From NCBI GenBank assembly GCA_030141605.1, contig JAQGDQ010000019.1:1054001-1118000 (forward strand): a stretch of DNA of 64,000 nucleotides, in the 5' to 3' direction. Below the pieces are notes generated by a model that was given only the letters and a program-made list of their open reading frames with translations, did not search any database and was not told the origin of the DNA. The position numbers and the translations under genes were made by a program. Origin of the DNA: Tubiluchus corallicola (taxonomy: Eukaryota > Animalia > Priapulida). Positions 12,218-36,399 of the stretch are shown here, in pieces. The number at the start of each line of letters is the position of its first letter. The first letter of the stretch is position 1.

Positions 12218-15200
12218 ATGGCGACTCCCATTCCTAACCAAACTGTTTTGCAGCAAAGACTTGAAAGGACAGGGAATTTTGCACAGTATGGAGCTCAGTT
12301 ACAATCTCCTGTACCTAGCCATCCGGCACAGCACCTGCTACAGCAGCAGCAGATTGATCACAAATCAGATCCGATATTTAGAGTTAAACAAAACGTTAAA
12401 TCCCTGAAGGATGCACTTTCTGTAAGTAGGCGTTTTAATTTCTACATATTCATCCTTCTAGCTCAGTTAGCTCTAAAGCACGTAAGGCCACGAGCCGAGA
12501 AAATGGAAAAAATGTTTTTCTCTGAAGAGAGATTTACGATTACAATCATAGCTCGAAATTGCTGAGTAAAGTGAGCACTGCTTAATTTGTTTTGTTGCAT
12601 AAAAACTGTTAGGCTATTGATACATCAGGTTCACTTAATGATTACAGACGGTTTAGTCTAGTTGTAACGCGTCCGCTTTCCGTCTACCTTAGAATGTTTT
12701 GGCAAAGTAAAAACTTCTAGCGAGATATTGCATATATATGTCAGACGTCACATATCCTAAATTGAGGCCTTATACTAGCTGTAGACCAGAACTCTTGTGG
12801 CCCAGTGCTTATCCAGCCTACTTTTGAATGTATTTATATAGGTGCAGTTGCCACTTAATTTGTCAGACTATTCCAGGTGTTAACGATCCTGCTTGAAAAG
12901 CTGTCAAGATGTACCAATTTATTTACTCTAATCTTATATAACTTCAGATGATGTCCTCTTGTTAAACTTGTAGCATCCTCTGTCCTGAGATGTAGCTTGG
13001 TACTGTAGTAGTGTCATACTTTTGTAGGAGCTTATATTAATTGCTTATCCAAAAGCCGACTTTAAATAAAGATTATTATTATTATTATTATTATTACAGG
13101 TACTTTCTGTTACATTGCATATTGACAAGTTCTCGTACATGTCACTTGTGAAACATTTTGCATATTAGAGTCATTTATCTTTTTAATTTGTTACAACTTT
13201 TTTGCTCTTATTTTAAGCTCATACCTTTACCATGCACTAAGTGATTTAAACTACAAATGTTTTGTAGGCCTGCAATTTAATTGATCAGCTGACTTTTAAT
13301 TGCATGCCTGCACAGTCTTATAATTAGTTTACTACTTTTTATAAGCTTTGAATTCATTGCATACCTGAGTCCAACATCAATGCCTTGTGACCGGGCCCAA
13401 CAGAGTTTGGCTCGTTATCAGGAATTATAGATTCATAGTATCCCTCTAAGGTGAGCCACTGAGCAGAATATTTGTATATCTTACCTCTACCAGTATAGTG
13501 ACTAAAACCACCCCAAGCAAGTACAGAGCCGAGGCGGACACGAGTCTTTAACGGAAGTATTCATGCTATACCAGTTAGCTAGAAACCTGCCAACTAAAAA
13601 TCAGCCTATTGCAAATTGCATGTTTATGTAGGGAATATTACCTGAGACAAGCACAAAAACACAGTTTTGGAAATTTTGTCATATAAGAAGTGGTAGCTGT
13701 ATAGACAAGAAGGATGCTTTTACAATATTATGGTCAATCAAGGAGTATGCTGATTGCTTTGAGCTGTCTGTCATTGCACATATTGACATCCTTTTGAATT
13801 GCACTGTGAAAAATAGCAATAAGGTTGCCATTTAATGCAAGTTGTGCAGCAGCAGTTCATTGCATCACAAGTACAACTGAAAGTTATTTTTTTACATTTC
13901 ATAAACAATGTTACATAAATTTAAGGAACTTATCACCAATACAACATTTGAATTATGTGTGTTATCATCCATTACTGAATTTTGTCATTGAAACACACTG
14001 CAAAGAATGTATTTCTTTTGGATATCTACCTTCACTCAGCGACACTTAACACGGAGTATTGCTGCTACACATGAGTGTCGTAAGGCGAGAACTTACTGCA
14101 ATGTGAAAAAATATTGAAAAGTTTAAATCACCAGTTTGCATTAGTCTGTATGTAATTATTACCCACATGACTGCTTACATAACTGTGTAGTTTAAAGGAC
14201 GGTCTGTATGAAAAATATGCAGCAGTTTAGTATAAAATTATTAGCGGTTTTACGTAAGCTCGATATGAACCATATGAAAGCATGCTCCCAAATATATTTA
14301 ATCGTGGGTGACCACTGAATGTACATGATCTGCATTTGGAGCTGGGGCAGACAATAAAATGTGAAAGACTTTTATGCTGAATCGGTATTTTTGTTACCTG
14401 GGCATCGGGGAAAATTGTTTTTAACATATCACTTAATGTCACTAGTTTTTGAATTTGAAACGATTAGTTAGAATCACTGTACTAGAGCTGATATATTTTT
14501 AATGATAAAGGTGGTGGAGCATTAACGTTACACGATAATGCTGTAGTTTTTATCAAGGAGGGTAACTCACACTATTCATTTTTAAAAAATAATATTCGTA
14601 ATTGCATAAAATAATTCGAAATGAATAGGCTTTTGCCATGAGGCTTTTATCGCCGACTGAAACTAACAAACTACACTTATATAACAAAGATCATTTTTTT
14701 CTCACTTTTACCTTTAATAACTTGCACCAGGCAGGGCAACAGCAGTTACCATTTTTAAAGTTTTTGGTCTGGCCGTCCGCAGTATCGAACTCACGACATC
14801 CCGCAATGGAAAGCAGACGCATTACCTATTACAACATACTGTCATTAAAGATGTTCTTTTTTCAGAATGTGTTGTTACTTGCCAGCAAATTTATCTACTA
14901 CAACTCTGTAATTGATAGTGGCATGTAAGTAGATCAAAATAGCCAGCAATCATAATTAGCAAATGCGTCTTTTTATATAAAATTTATTGTGACTCACCAT
15001 GTTGACTTTTTGCAAGTGTAGTCTTTATAATTAAAAGAAAGTGATCTGCTGACTTTTGAAAAATATGGTTATTGTTCATCATAAAATTGTTATGCAATCT
15101 CTAAAGTTGAAACAAAGAGAGCCTGGTCTTTCTGGCTATCAATCATACCAGACATTTTGTATTATATTTCCAGCCTATGGCAAACCAAATGTAGTAGTGC

Positions 15201-18200
15201 TCAAATTTAGGATACTACAGGGCATACGGTGTATATATTATTCAAAAAATAAATGAAAATGTATGACTAGTTTCACATAACATATAACAACAAAAGTATT
15301 AAATACAAATAAAACACACATTAGCATTTAGGTATAGCGATCAAAATTTCTAACATTGTTGCACGATGTTTAACAATGAAACGTTACTGCATCAATGTAT
15401 GTCAGTATTTATTAATTATTATCATTATGTAGAGAAATATGTTTGAATTTTGCACTAGGCCGGGTAGGCCTACAAAAATTCTAAAAGTTGCTTCAGCAGT
15501 TTCAAGTGCAGAAAATCAAAGAGAGGCGGAGTCCTCAGAGCAATTTCAGGCACTGACCCAAAGTTTAGTGGGGAAATGGGTAAGTCAAAAGTGAAATGAC
15601 AAAATGCAGTGAGGAAACGGCTACAACTTAATAAGAAAATGAAAATATGTGACAGTAATCAGTTGCTTACAGAAATTACCAATGAGTTATTATTACTTAG
15701 AATAGATTTAGAGATTTTTTTAGATTTAGATAACAAACTTTTGTTATTGTTGACAAAAAATGCAACAGAAATGAGCAATTAAACAAATTTAACAAGTGAA
15801 AGACTGTCTTAGGAGTACTCCCAAATTGCTCCAAAATGCCCACAAATACAGTACCGGGTTGCCGGGTTCTGCACTGTACAATATGTCTTGTTAAAATTTA
15901 TAATTTGAGCACTGAGCAGTAAAGGTAGTTTATTGACTATGCACACTCAGAATATAGAACGAAATGAACAGAGTGAGACACTGCCTAAATCATAAATCCA
16001 CACTAACAGAAATTAAATAGACAAAAAGAAAAACAAATAGATGTAAAAAGGATACAAAAAGATGAAGAAAGGGAGAGGAGCAGTACCTGCGAGACAAACT
16101 AAGCATCATGATTTTCCCATACTAGAGATATAAGTTCCTAACATATATTAACGTGTGTTCAGAATTTTTGTTTTTCTCTAGTAGTTTTCCCAGCATGACT
16201 TTCACCTCTGGAATAAACAGATTCAAACTTACACTTTCTATGGTCTTGTGTAATACTTGTATATTGCAATAACAAATGATGCTGCGACGGGGACATCTTC
16301 TGCAGTGGCGCAGCAAGTGCTTGTGGCGTCCGGGGGCAAAAAAACTTCTGGCGCCTTACCCTGTTAAAGTTTTGATCATTTGTTTCGTTGGTGAACCCAG
16401 AAATTGTGCGCGTTTTTTGCGTCCCTGAGCCCGACTTTGCTTTTTCAACTTGATGGGATAAAGATAAACAAATTTTTTCTAAGAATCGCCCTGAATTTGA
16501 TTTGCGGTACTTCACCAGAATAACTCTTTTCTATGCATAAGTTGCTCATAACACTACATTTCTTAAACATTAAGCTCCAGCATTAAAACATGCAAAGATA
16601 TGAAAAATGTAGATCACTACAGGTTTTCACAATAATACCATCGGCATTTAGAGAAACACGACTGTTTTTCCCAAAATTATCATTCTGCTAAGCCACACGA
16701 CATCCTGCATTTAAGTAACAACGTTAGCCTTTTTTCTAGGCTGTATGTAGTAACTAAGTTTACAATGATCTCTGACTAGGCAGTTTTGTTGTAGTTTGAA
16801 AACTTCTGTTAACTGTTTTGTTAATGTCGGATTAGTAATTAATAATTTAATAGTCATTGAACTCCAGAAGAATTTTGTGCCTTCTCACCCTTGCACCCTG
16901 GGGCGATTGCTATGCTTCTGATCTTCTGCTGTGTAAAATCCATGCACAGACAGTGAAGTGTTTCAACTAAGGTAAGTTGCTCTTTTTGTTGATTCTGATG
17001 TGCACATTGCTCCTCGAGGATAAGTGACAAACAAGTCTAGGTCCCTCAAGTATCTGCCCACAGAAGTTATTCTAAATTTGTCACAATTTATACAGAACGT
17101 TTTCTGATGGGTCTGATTGATTGAGCTTCCTCAAAAAATTTCTCTGTCAAGTTTAATTTCAGCCTTTTATGTTGCTATCCTGGTTGCAACTTGAACGTCG
17201 ATGCAGATTTGCTGCAGAACTCCTAGCATTTCCTTGATAGACTGCAGCTACATAGCGCAAGAAAAATTGTTTGTACGCCATATAGCACAACCATGAAAAA
17301 TTGCACTGGGCACAGCACTTTGCCACAGTTCAGGCTTATTTCACTGCATGGGGAAAAAACTACTATGTGCTTGCCTCTGTCTTTTTCACCTCCCTGCCCC
17401 AGAGGTTTAAACTAGGCTGTCTTATCTACTAGACAGCTTGGTGCATACTATGTGAATAAGACTCTTCATGAAAACTTTTTAGCATAATATTATATAAGAT
17501 AAAAAATGAAAGAGCCAATGAATCATTCACTTGTCTATTTCCACTGGCTTATGTTTTTGTGTATAAAGTGAACGTTTTTGATTAGCCAAATTAATATGAA
17601 ATGAAGCGAAAGGTTTTTTTCAAGGATACCATAAGCAAACTTCCATTGTGAACTACATAATTGTGTATGGATATTATGCACTAAACTAATGGGAAATTAT
17701 TATAAATTCCTACTAAATCCTGCAAGAAGAATTTTGCGCATTAACCCACTGCAACTCATACCACACAACCCATGCTCCACAACCCACAGCAAACCACTCC
17801 ACCCACACTATGCAACCCACAGCCACAGCAACAGCATCACACAACAACAACCAACAGCAACAATAACAACAGACAACTACAGTCAACTTTAGGCTTAAAT
17901 TAAAATCAGTGCTGTCGGTAATGCATGAGGATTCCACTTAGTGTCTTGTTTAATTTTTAACAATATTATGATGATTATGATTTTAAGCTAGCAAAGATCT
18001 CTGAATTCCTAATTAATACAGGTCTTTGTGTAAATATGTTAGAACAGTGAGTGATGACAATGCCCTGAATCGCATACTCGAGGCATTTTATAAGATGTTA
18101 CAAAATATGTTAATGTGTTACTGAAATTAGCATGTTCTACAATGCTTGTTCATTCCATATCGAGGAAATGCTATCCACATCAACTGACGCTGATTTTGAT

Positions 18201-19413
18201 GTTATACCTGGCTGAGATTTTGAGATCTAATTCACTCGTAGAGTTTGGGGTATGGCTAGGTCACTTAAATTTCCTAGAGATTTTCTAGCTCTTTTGCATG
18301 TCCTAGGCACTAATCCTACTCCTATCCCAGTAAACACAACTCTTACTTTTCAGTATTGTCACAATAAGTGTCATTGGCATACATTCCATTTAAAAGTTGT
18401 GTGCAAAAACTTTAATCAATTACTTTTAAAAATGACTGTGTAAAACAAATTTATTTTCTAGTAAACCACAGGAACTCTCACAACAAAGATTTGACAAAGC
18501 ACTTGAAGAATTCTATGCTGTATGTGATCAAATAGAATCAAACTTGGTAAGTTGCTTTTAGTGTTTGTCATTAGCAATAATCAACTTATTTTATTATCTT
18601 ATATAAAATAATGCTTAGGCTGCTTTTGTAAATGAGCTTAACCTGTTAAACTTCTCTTTATTTTCCTGCTTCTTTTTGTTGTTTAATTTTAACCATTTCT
18701 TGATGGTTAAATATTTCTACCGAATTCAGATTCAACTCTGAATCAAACTTGGTAAGTTGCTTTTAGTGTTTGTTATTAGCAATAATCAACTTATTTTATT
18801 ATCTTATATAAAATAATGCTTAGGCTGCTTTTGTAAATGAGCTTAACCTGTTAAGCTTCTCTTTATTTTCCTGCTTCTTTTTGTTGTTTAATTTTAACCA
18901 TTTCTTGATGGTTAAATATTTCTACCGAATTCAGATTCAACTCTGAATTTTATAGTTTACTATAATATGAGTTCTCTTTGCAAATACATAGATTAATATC
19001 CAAGTTACCAAATGAGAGCCTTTGGACAATAGATTTTACTAAGTTCTGATTGGATCACTGATGTCGCTGAGCAGTTGTTAACAATGAATTTTAGAGTTTA
19101 CTGGTATATGTTGCACACGTCAACATGTTATGTGGTTCAGTCAGTAAACTGAAAAAAGTCTGTACAAGCATAAACAGTTTTCCTTTTACAAGATAATGTA
19201 TTTTATTTTCAGCGTTTAGCAGCTGAATGTCAAAATCAAGTGATAGACAGTAATCGACATACATCACTTTTGGCAACCGCGGCAAAGACTGATCAGACTA
19301 GTCAGTATGTACAGTATCTGTCAACTGTCAGATCTCAGATCCATTATGCTAAAGAAGTGCATGATGTACTTCTTGAATGTGTGACACGAAGTAACACGAA
19401 AACTGAATCGTGA
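12218..19413 (+). CDS. MED29: Mediator subunit 29 (intersex); exons 12218-12421, 14866-14924, 18462-18546, 19213-19413
   Basis: The spliced product has a Q-rich N-terminus, DPIFRVK..SLKDALS|NVLLLAS..IDSG|..QRFDKALEEFYAVCDQIESNL|RLAAEC..YVQYLSTVRSQIHYAKEVHDVLLEC, matching the Med29 signature. All intron phases are compatible. Confidence 0.92.
12644..13097 (+). mobile_element. tRNA-derived SINE remnant (head and tail of the family at 46652-46910)
   Basis: Head CAGACGGTTTAGTCTAG..CCGCTTTCCGTCT and tail GAGCTTATATTAATTGCTTATCCAAAAGCCGACTTTAAATAAAG(ATT)n both match the copy at 46652-46910. Confidence 0.6.
14720..14840 (-). mobile_element. tRNA-derived SINE fragment with Meta-like core
   Basis: Minus strand reads GAGTTCGATAC (B-box) then CCAAAAACTTTAAAAATGGTAACTGCTGTTGCCCTGCCTGGTGC, similar to 46700-46776. 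Confidence 0.6.
16303..16920. mobile_element. hAT-like MITE in MED29 intron 2
   Basis: Exact 8-bp TSD ATCTTCTG (16295-16302 and 16921-16928); imperfect TIR CAGTGGCGCAGC / GCTATGCTTCTG; GC-rich subterminal GGGGC motifs. Confidence 0.7.
17745..17885. repeat. CA/CAA-rich low-complexity tract
   Basis: CCACACAACCC..CAACAACAACC. Confidence 0.7.
18535..18948 (+). repeat. 205-bp tandem duplication including the MED29 exon-3 splice donor
   Basis: 18535-18739 is repeated nearly identically at 18740-18944; both units start GAATCAAACTTGGTAAGT. Confidence 0.95.
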
Positions 19414-21469
19414 TGCTTGTTGTAAAATTTGTGTTGTGATGCATTTTTCGTACTTTTTGTCTTGCATGGAATTGATCTAACAGCGAACAAGAGCGGGACA
19501 GTGTTTGGTTATTTTGCAAATGGATTTGTGAAATTGAAGATGCTGTACTTAGTTGTCTATATGATTATTAATGAATTATTCTTTTATCGAGTATGCAGGT
19601 TTTTGTGCTTTCTCAGTTTACTTAAAGTGTGTTTTCCACCAGTTATTGCGAATTTAATAGTTAAAAGATGTAAAACGTAAACTGGATTCCTTATTAGTTA
19701 TCTAAGGGTTGAAAAATAAACATTTGCTTTATTAGTACAAATACATTATTACTTTTATTCACTAAATTTATGAAATTGTATATAGGTAGATCTGCAAAAA
19801 TGTATATTGTTGAGAGAGAAACGAATAAAATGCGTATTCGTGGAATTTTACAGCATTACATATGCTGTTGTCATTCAGCCATGAGCCTGCAATGGTGAAA
19901 GTTTGGAAACTTTCTCAGTTGTTGACAAATAAAATGGTTAAAATGAAAAGTTGTTTGAAGTATTAGTCTGCAACAGTGCATCATTTTATTACACATTTTT
20001 TATTTAGTGACATTATATTTCATCACTTAACTATCTGCTGATCATTTGATTTTGGCAAATATGTTGTGTAATACCAGTGATTCAAATCATGTAGAGATAC
20101 ACTGGTCAGTGGCCACACAAACGTGTACTAGCATTTTTTACGTGATTGTTTGAGTGACAGTCACCATGTTTGAAAGCAGTTAGCAATTTTAACAATTTTA
20201 ACTCTTTTTTTAATTTAACAGATTCGACTTATTTACTTCTGAATATAATATTGTTTTTGTAAATGCTATGTTACTGGAAAACCTCATTTGAGGTGTAATT
20301 AGATCTGTAATTATGTGAATATCATAATTAATGAACAAATATTAAATGAATTAAAGCTGCATGTTAAAATGTTGAGATTTGCTTGAAGATAAATGAGTTT
20401 TGTAAAACTAATATGTGCAAATTAGTGAGTTTTGAAGTAAAACATTACCTGCTGAACATGCATTTTGAAAAGACTTGGAATACACAAAGGCCTATGCTGT
20501 GATTCAATCTAACTGTATGATAGTAATCTTCACCAAATATGAAGTTGTCATTTTCTTAGTCATTTCAGTTGCATTGGTGATAGTGACATACATGTACATG
20601 TCAAGCAAATTCTTGTCAGTTTACTATAATCTCGTTGAAGATTATTATTTTTTGACATACATTTAAAAAAATGAAAAGGGATAAAAATTGCCATTATCTT
20701 CCTGTCTTCTACCATTTTACAAAAATTATAAATCCCTTTTGTAGAGATCAGGACCATTTCAGGCAGACTAAGTATGGTTTGTATTTCTGAAAATTACACT
20801 CTGTGTAGAGGTATAATAAACATACCACTCTTTCATGAGGCCAGGCACTGGGTTTCGTAGGTGAGTTCCACAATGGAAATTTCGTGCGAAATTTGTAGAA
20901 AAGGCTTTCTCGAGAATTTACTTTCCAGAGAAATATAAGCATACCCTCGTGCTAAGACAAAGAAAAACCAAGTTCGAGTGGTGAAGTTCAGCTTCCTTTT
21001 TTAAATGATTTTTTGCTGCAAATTGTTAATATGTTTCTCTTGTTCTAGCCACCTTCAAATGTTGGAGTACAAATTAATGCATCCTGAAGTTTGTAGAACT
21101 GTCTCCAGTATCTTGAAACATGAGATGGTTATCTTTTGTCATCCTAGGTGTTAGTACAGTTACAGTGTATTTGTAGCTTCTTACACAATGCAGCTTTTGT
21201 ATAACTTCAATTAGAAAGCTACCCCTGTTGCTAACAAGAAAACTAGACAGATGTAACAGGATATCTACTGGCCAGAATATTGTCTAAAGCTTCTCTAGTC
21301 TGACAACAAGTGTGAAAACATGTAAACGAACTTACATTTAGTTTCAATGTTCATCAATTCGTGGGCATGGAAGATAAACTTCGTGCAAATTTTTTGCCTG
21401 ATTGGGTATTTTTTGTGCACTAAATGAAATTGAATGCTCAGTAATTATGTTAATAATTTTGCCTGACGT

Positions 21470-21583
21470 GTAGAAAGTGTTGGCCAAATTAAACAGGAGG
21501 TTCAGTAAAACTCTATTGTTTTGGTTGTAGAAAGTGTGGCCAAATTAAACAGTAGGTTCAGTAAAACTCTATTGTTTTGGTTG
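21470..21583 (+). repeat. ~57-bp tandem duplication
   Basis: GTAGAAAGTG(T)TGGCCAAATTAAACAG.AGGTTCAGTAAAACTCTATTGTTTTGGTT x2. Confidence 0.9.
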
Positions 21584-21627
21584 TTGCATGAAACGTAGAA
21601 ACTAACCCTTGTGAAAAGTAAAAGTCT

Positions 21628-21700
21628 AGCCCCCAGTGAGGATTGAACTCACGACCCCTGGTTTACAAGACCAGTGCTCTAGCCACTGAGCTATGGAGGC
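21628..21700 (-). tRNA. tRNA-Thr (anticodon TGT)
   Basis: GCCTCCATAGCTCAGTGGCTAGAGCACTGGTCTTGTAAACCAGGGGTCGTGAGTTCAATCCTCACTGGGGGCT: 73 nt, full cloverleaf, anticodon arm CTGGT-CTTGTAA-ACCAG, downstream TTTT runs as a Pol III terminator. Confidence 0.96.
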
Positions 21701-22027
21701 TTCTCTGAAATAAATTTGTAAAAACACATGAAGAAATTCTAGTATTCTAGAATAAATTTCTTTTATGGTTTCTATATTAAAAGTAATAAAAGCTTTTCTT
21801 ACAAACATTTCTGTGCTTTGTAATATATATAAATATACTGCGAACACTAAAAAAAACCGGATAATGTTTTACGCCTTTGTTTTTTTACTGTTATGAACTT
21901 CAGAATTGTGCTCAAAGAGGGCACTGCGTAATGTTTACTACCATTTGTGCACCAATAGTTATCCCGTGGTTTTTTTTTATTATCCATGCTATTTAGTTGA
22001 GTATCTTAGAACTAAGAAAGTTGTAAG

Positions 22028-33734
<11,707 letters not shown>

Positions 33735-35836
33735 AATAATATTGTTAATTTGCTCAAGATTTTATGGATGATTATCTTTGATTGATAGTCTGTGGTGCAG
33801 GATTTCAGAACCAAGATACATAGATTTTACTTTTGTGGTAAGTGAATAAAGCAAGCAATACAAACTTTTGTTCTCTGAGCCAAAATAAAAATTGTTTCGT
33901 GGTTGTCATTTATTAGCTAATTTTGTCATCCAATGCCAGTTGTAAATGTGTCATAAGTAGCCAAATTTTGTCAGCTGATTTTTTTCTGCTTAGTGTTTGG
34001 AATGTAAATAGACTCTTCTATAGAGAATATGAAGCAATTGTTCTGGGTCCGTAGGTGAAGTTATGAGGGTGTTACGGCCATGTCAACAAAAATTTGAGCC
34101 AATTTGAAAATATTGCAAAAAAAATTTGCTGCACTTTGTTTTTTATTCTTGTTGCACCCTAAGTGCATTGGTCTCCTAGTGCTAGTATAATCAACCGGGA
34201 TAATCTTTACGGTGCATAAATATGGTCGAAAAGCAAAAGGCAGGTAATTTTTTCAACTCTAATTAAATTATGAATATTTATTTTGCTTTTTGGTATCAAT
34301 GTCAAATTTCTGGGGTAAGTGAAAAAGACCAGAAGCATTTGGTATCTAGACAATTTTCCTCATAGTTTCTGTACTTGGATAAATATAGTTTAGTTTATCA
34401 GAAAGTAAAGGAAATGGGCTGTTATGTGCCCCCAAAGCTGCTTAATTGTTGGCAGCTTTTAGGCATTCTGTCACCATTACAGTTACCATCGAAGGATACA
34501 GGTTAAGGATAGAGGCTGTCCATTGTAATATAATTTTGTTTTGAAAATACTAATTACCAGAATTACACGTCTATTCAGGAACTCTCTGTGGGTTTGGAGA
34601 CATACTTTCATTATGTCAAAAAATGATACTGGCCTTATCCCAAGAAAGATTTATCGGTGCCTTGAATTTTTCACATTACTGTCAAAACTGTACTGTCTCT
34701 CATACATAAATTATGTGTTTATATACTTATTGTGTTGTATGTAGCACTGCTCAGTGCATTCTAAAAGACAAAAGTGTAATTATTATCTGTTAGTTTTTAG
34801 TTGAAGATAATTTATTATTAGAGGAATAAAGGAAGCAAATATTTTAAAGTGACTTTAACTATAGCATTTGCATGTTACATAATACGTAATATATAGGCCC
34901 AAGTGATTTGATAAATAGAATATGTGAAGATTATTTCCAAAGGAGGATTGCTCCAAAGAATAAAATTATGTTATAGCCTTGAATTGACTAATTAAAGATG
35001 CGGGGACTAAACCAATAATAGTAAAGTTCAAAGGATTAAATTTATTCTTGTAACTATAAGTTTATATTTCTTATATAGTTACTATTTAAAATTGTTGTTA
35101 ACTTCCGATTTCCGTCCAGACATTGGTGGATAAGCTGCAAAATTAGCATCAATGTCGATTTTTTTTACAACTTTGATCAAGTATAAGAATTAATGTTGTT
35201 GGTAGTCTGAAATATTAATTTTACAGGTTTGCTTCTATTGAGAACTTGCAAATATCTATGTTTTACATTTGTGATTTTTGTAAATTAGTGTTTAACAATT
35301 TATAGATTTATGACGTAATTTGTTGGTATATTTAGCATATTTTTATAAAAATATTGGAGCACTAGATAGTTATAAGTGAGTATTATAAAATTTCTATAAA
35401 AGTATAAATATATACATTATATGAAATAAATATGATCAACTGTAGATATAGATTGTTTTATAAGTCACATAATTATATAGTTATTAAACATTTACTGTAG
35501 CTAACATTATGACTTTTAATATCTTGTATTTTTTGTGCATTTTTGTATTCGTCTCCAATACTCTCCATATACAGTATCTTTGAGAGGTCTACATAAACTG
35601 GACATTTTGATCACTTTTTACATTTTTGTTACAAATTGTTTTACATATTTTATTTAAAAAATGGGGACTTATTTGTTGATTAAATTATGGAAATGATTGT
35701 TGGTTCTGTTTGGTTTGTAGTGTCACTATAAATTTTGCTTTGTGAAAATAACTAAATACAATATTGGGTCTTTTAAAAAGGATGAAATTCTGTGAGATTG
35801 CATGGTAAGGTCTATAATGACTAATTATGGTAGTGT

Positions 35837-35875
35837 CAAGGACTACTATACAACTATAGTGTATAGTAGTCCTTG
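35837..35875. mobile_element. 39-bp palindromic micro-element with 8-bp TSD
   Basis: CAAGGACTACTATACA-ACTATAG-TGTATAGTAGTCCTTG, flanked on both sides by GGTAGTGT. Confidence 0.85.
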
Positions 35876-36399
35876 GGTAGTGTGTAATTAATTTTGTTTG
35901 CTATAATAAATTTCTGATGGTTATTGCATAGCAGTTTATTTTGTATGTTTTTAGCTTTCTTTTTATATTCATCCCTTTTGATTCTGTACATCAGATAACC
36001 ATAGAGTGATTACATCAAATTGTTGGTTGTGTCAAATTAACTGTTCCCTGATTGCTGTTTGAAATTCTGGTAACGAATTACAGAAACAGCAAGTAATTTT
36101 GTGTGTGAAATTTATTTGATTCTTTTTGTACTGCCACAATGTCTAAAAGGTTAATGGTCATACATTTTGGTATTTAAAATTTTATATAACTCAAGCTACC
36201 TTATTTGCAAAAATTGTGTTACGCAACTAGAGAAGAGTGGTGTTTTTTCAGAGCTATACTTCATATGGTCAGCAGTTCATTGAAGTGACATCCTGCTCTT
36301 ACTCATTGTGTCATAACAGCTGCTCTTAAACTTGCTGCAGTCACGTTATATGAAATTTTTTGGTCTATGCGGGATCCGAAATTCTTCGGCATTTCCTAA

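Noticed and set aside
13370-13581. Possible second tRNA-derived SINE on the minus strand
   Set aside because: A-box-like start only; no clear B-box or second copy in the window.
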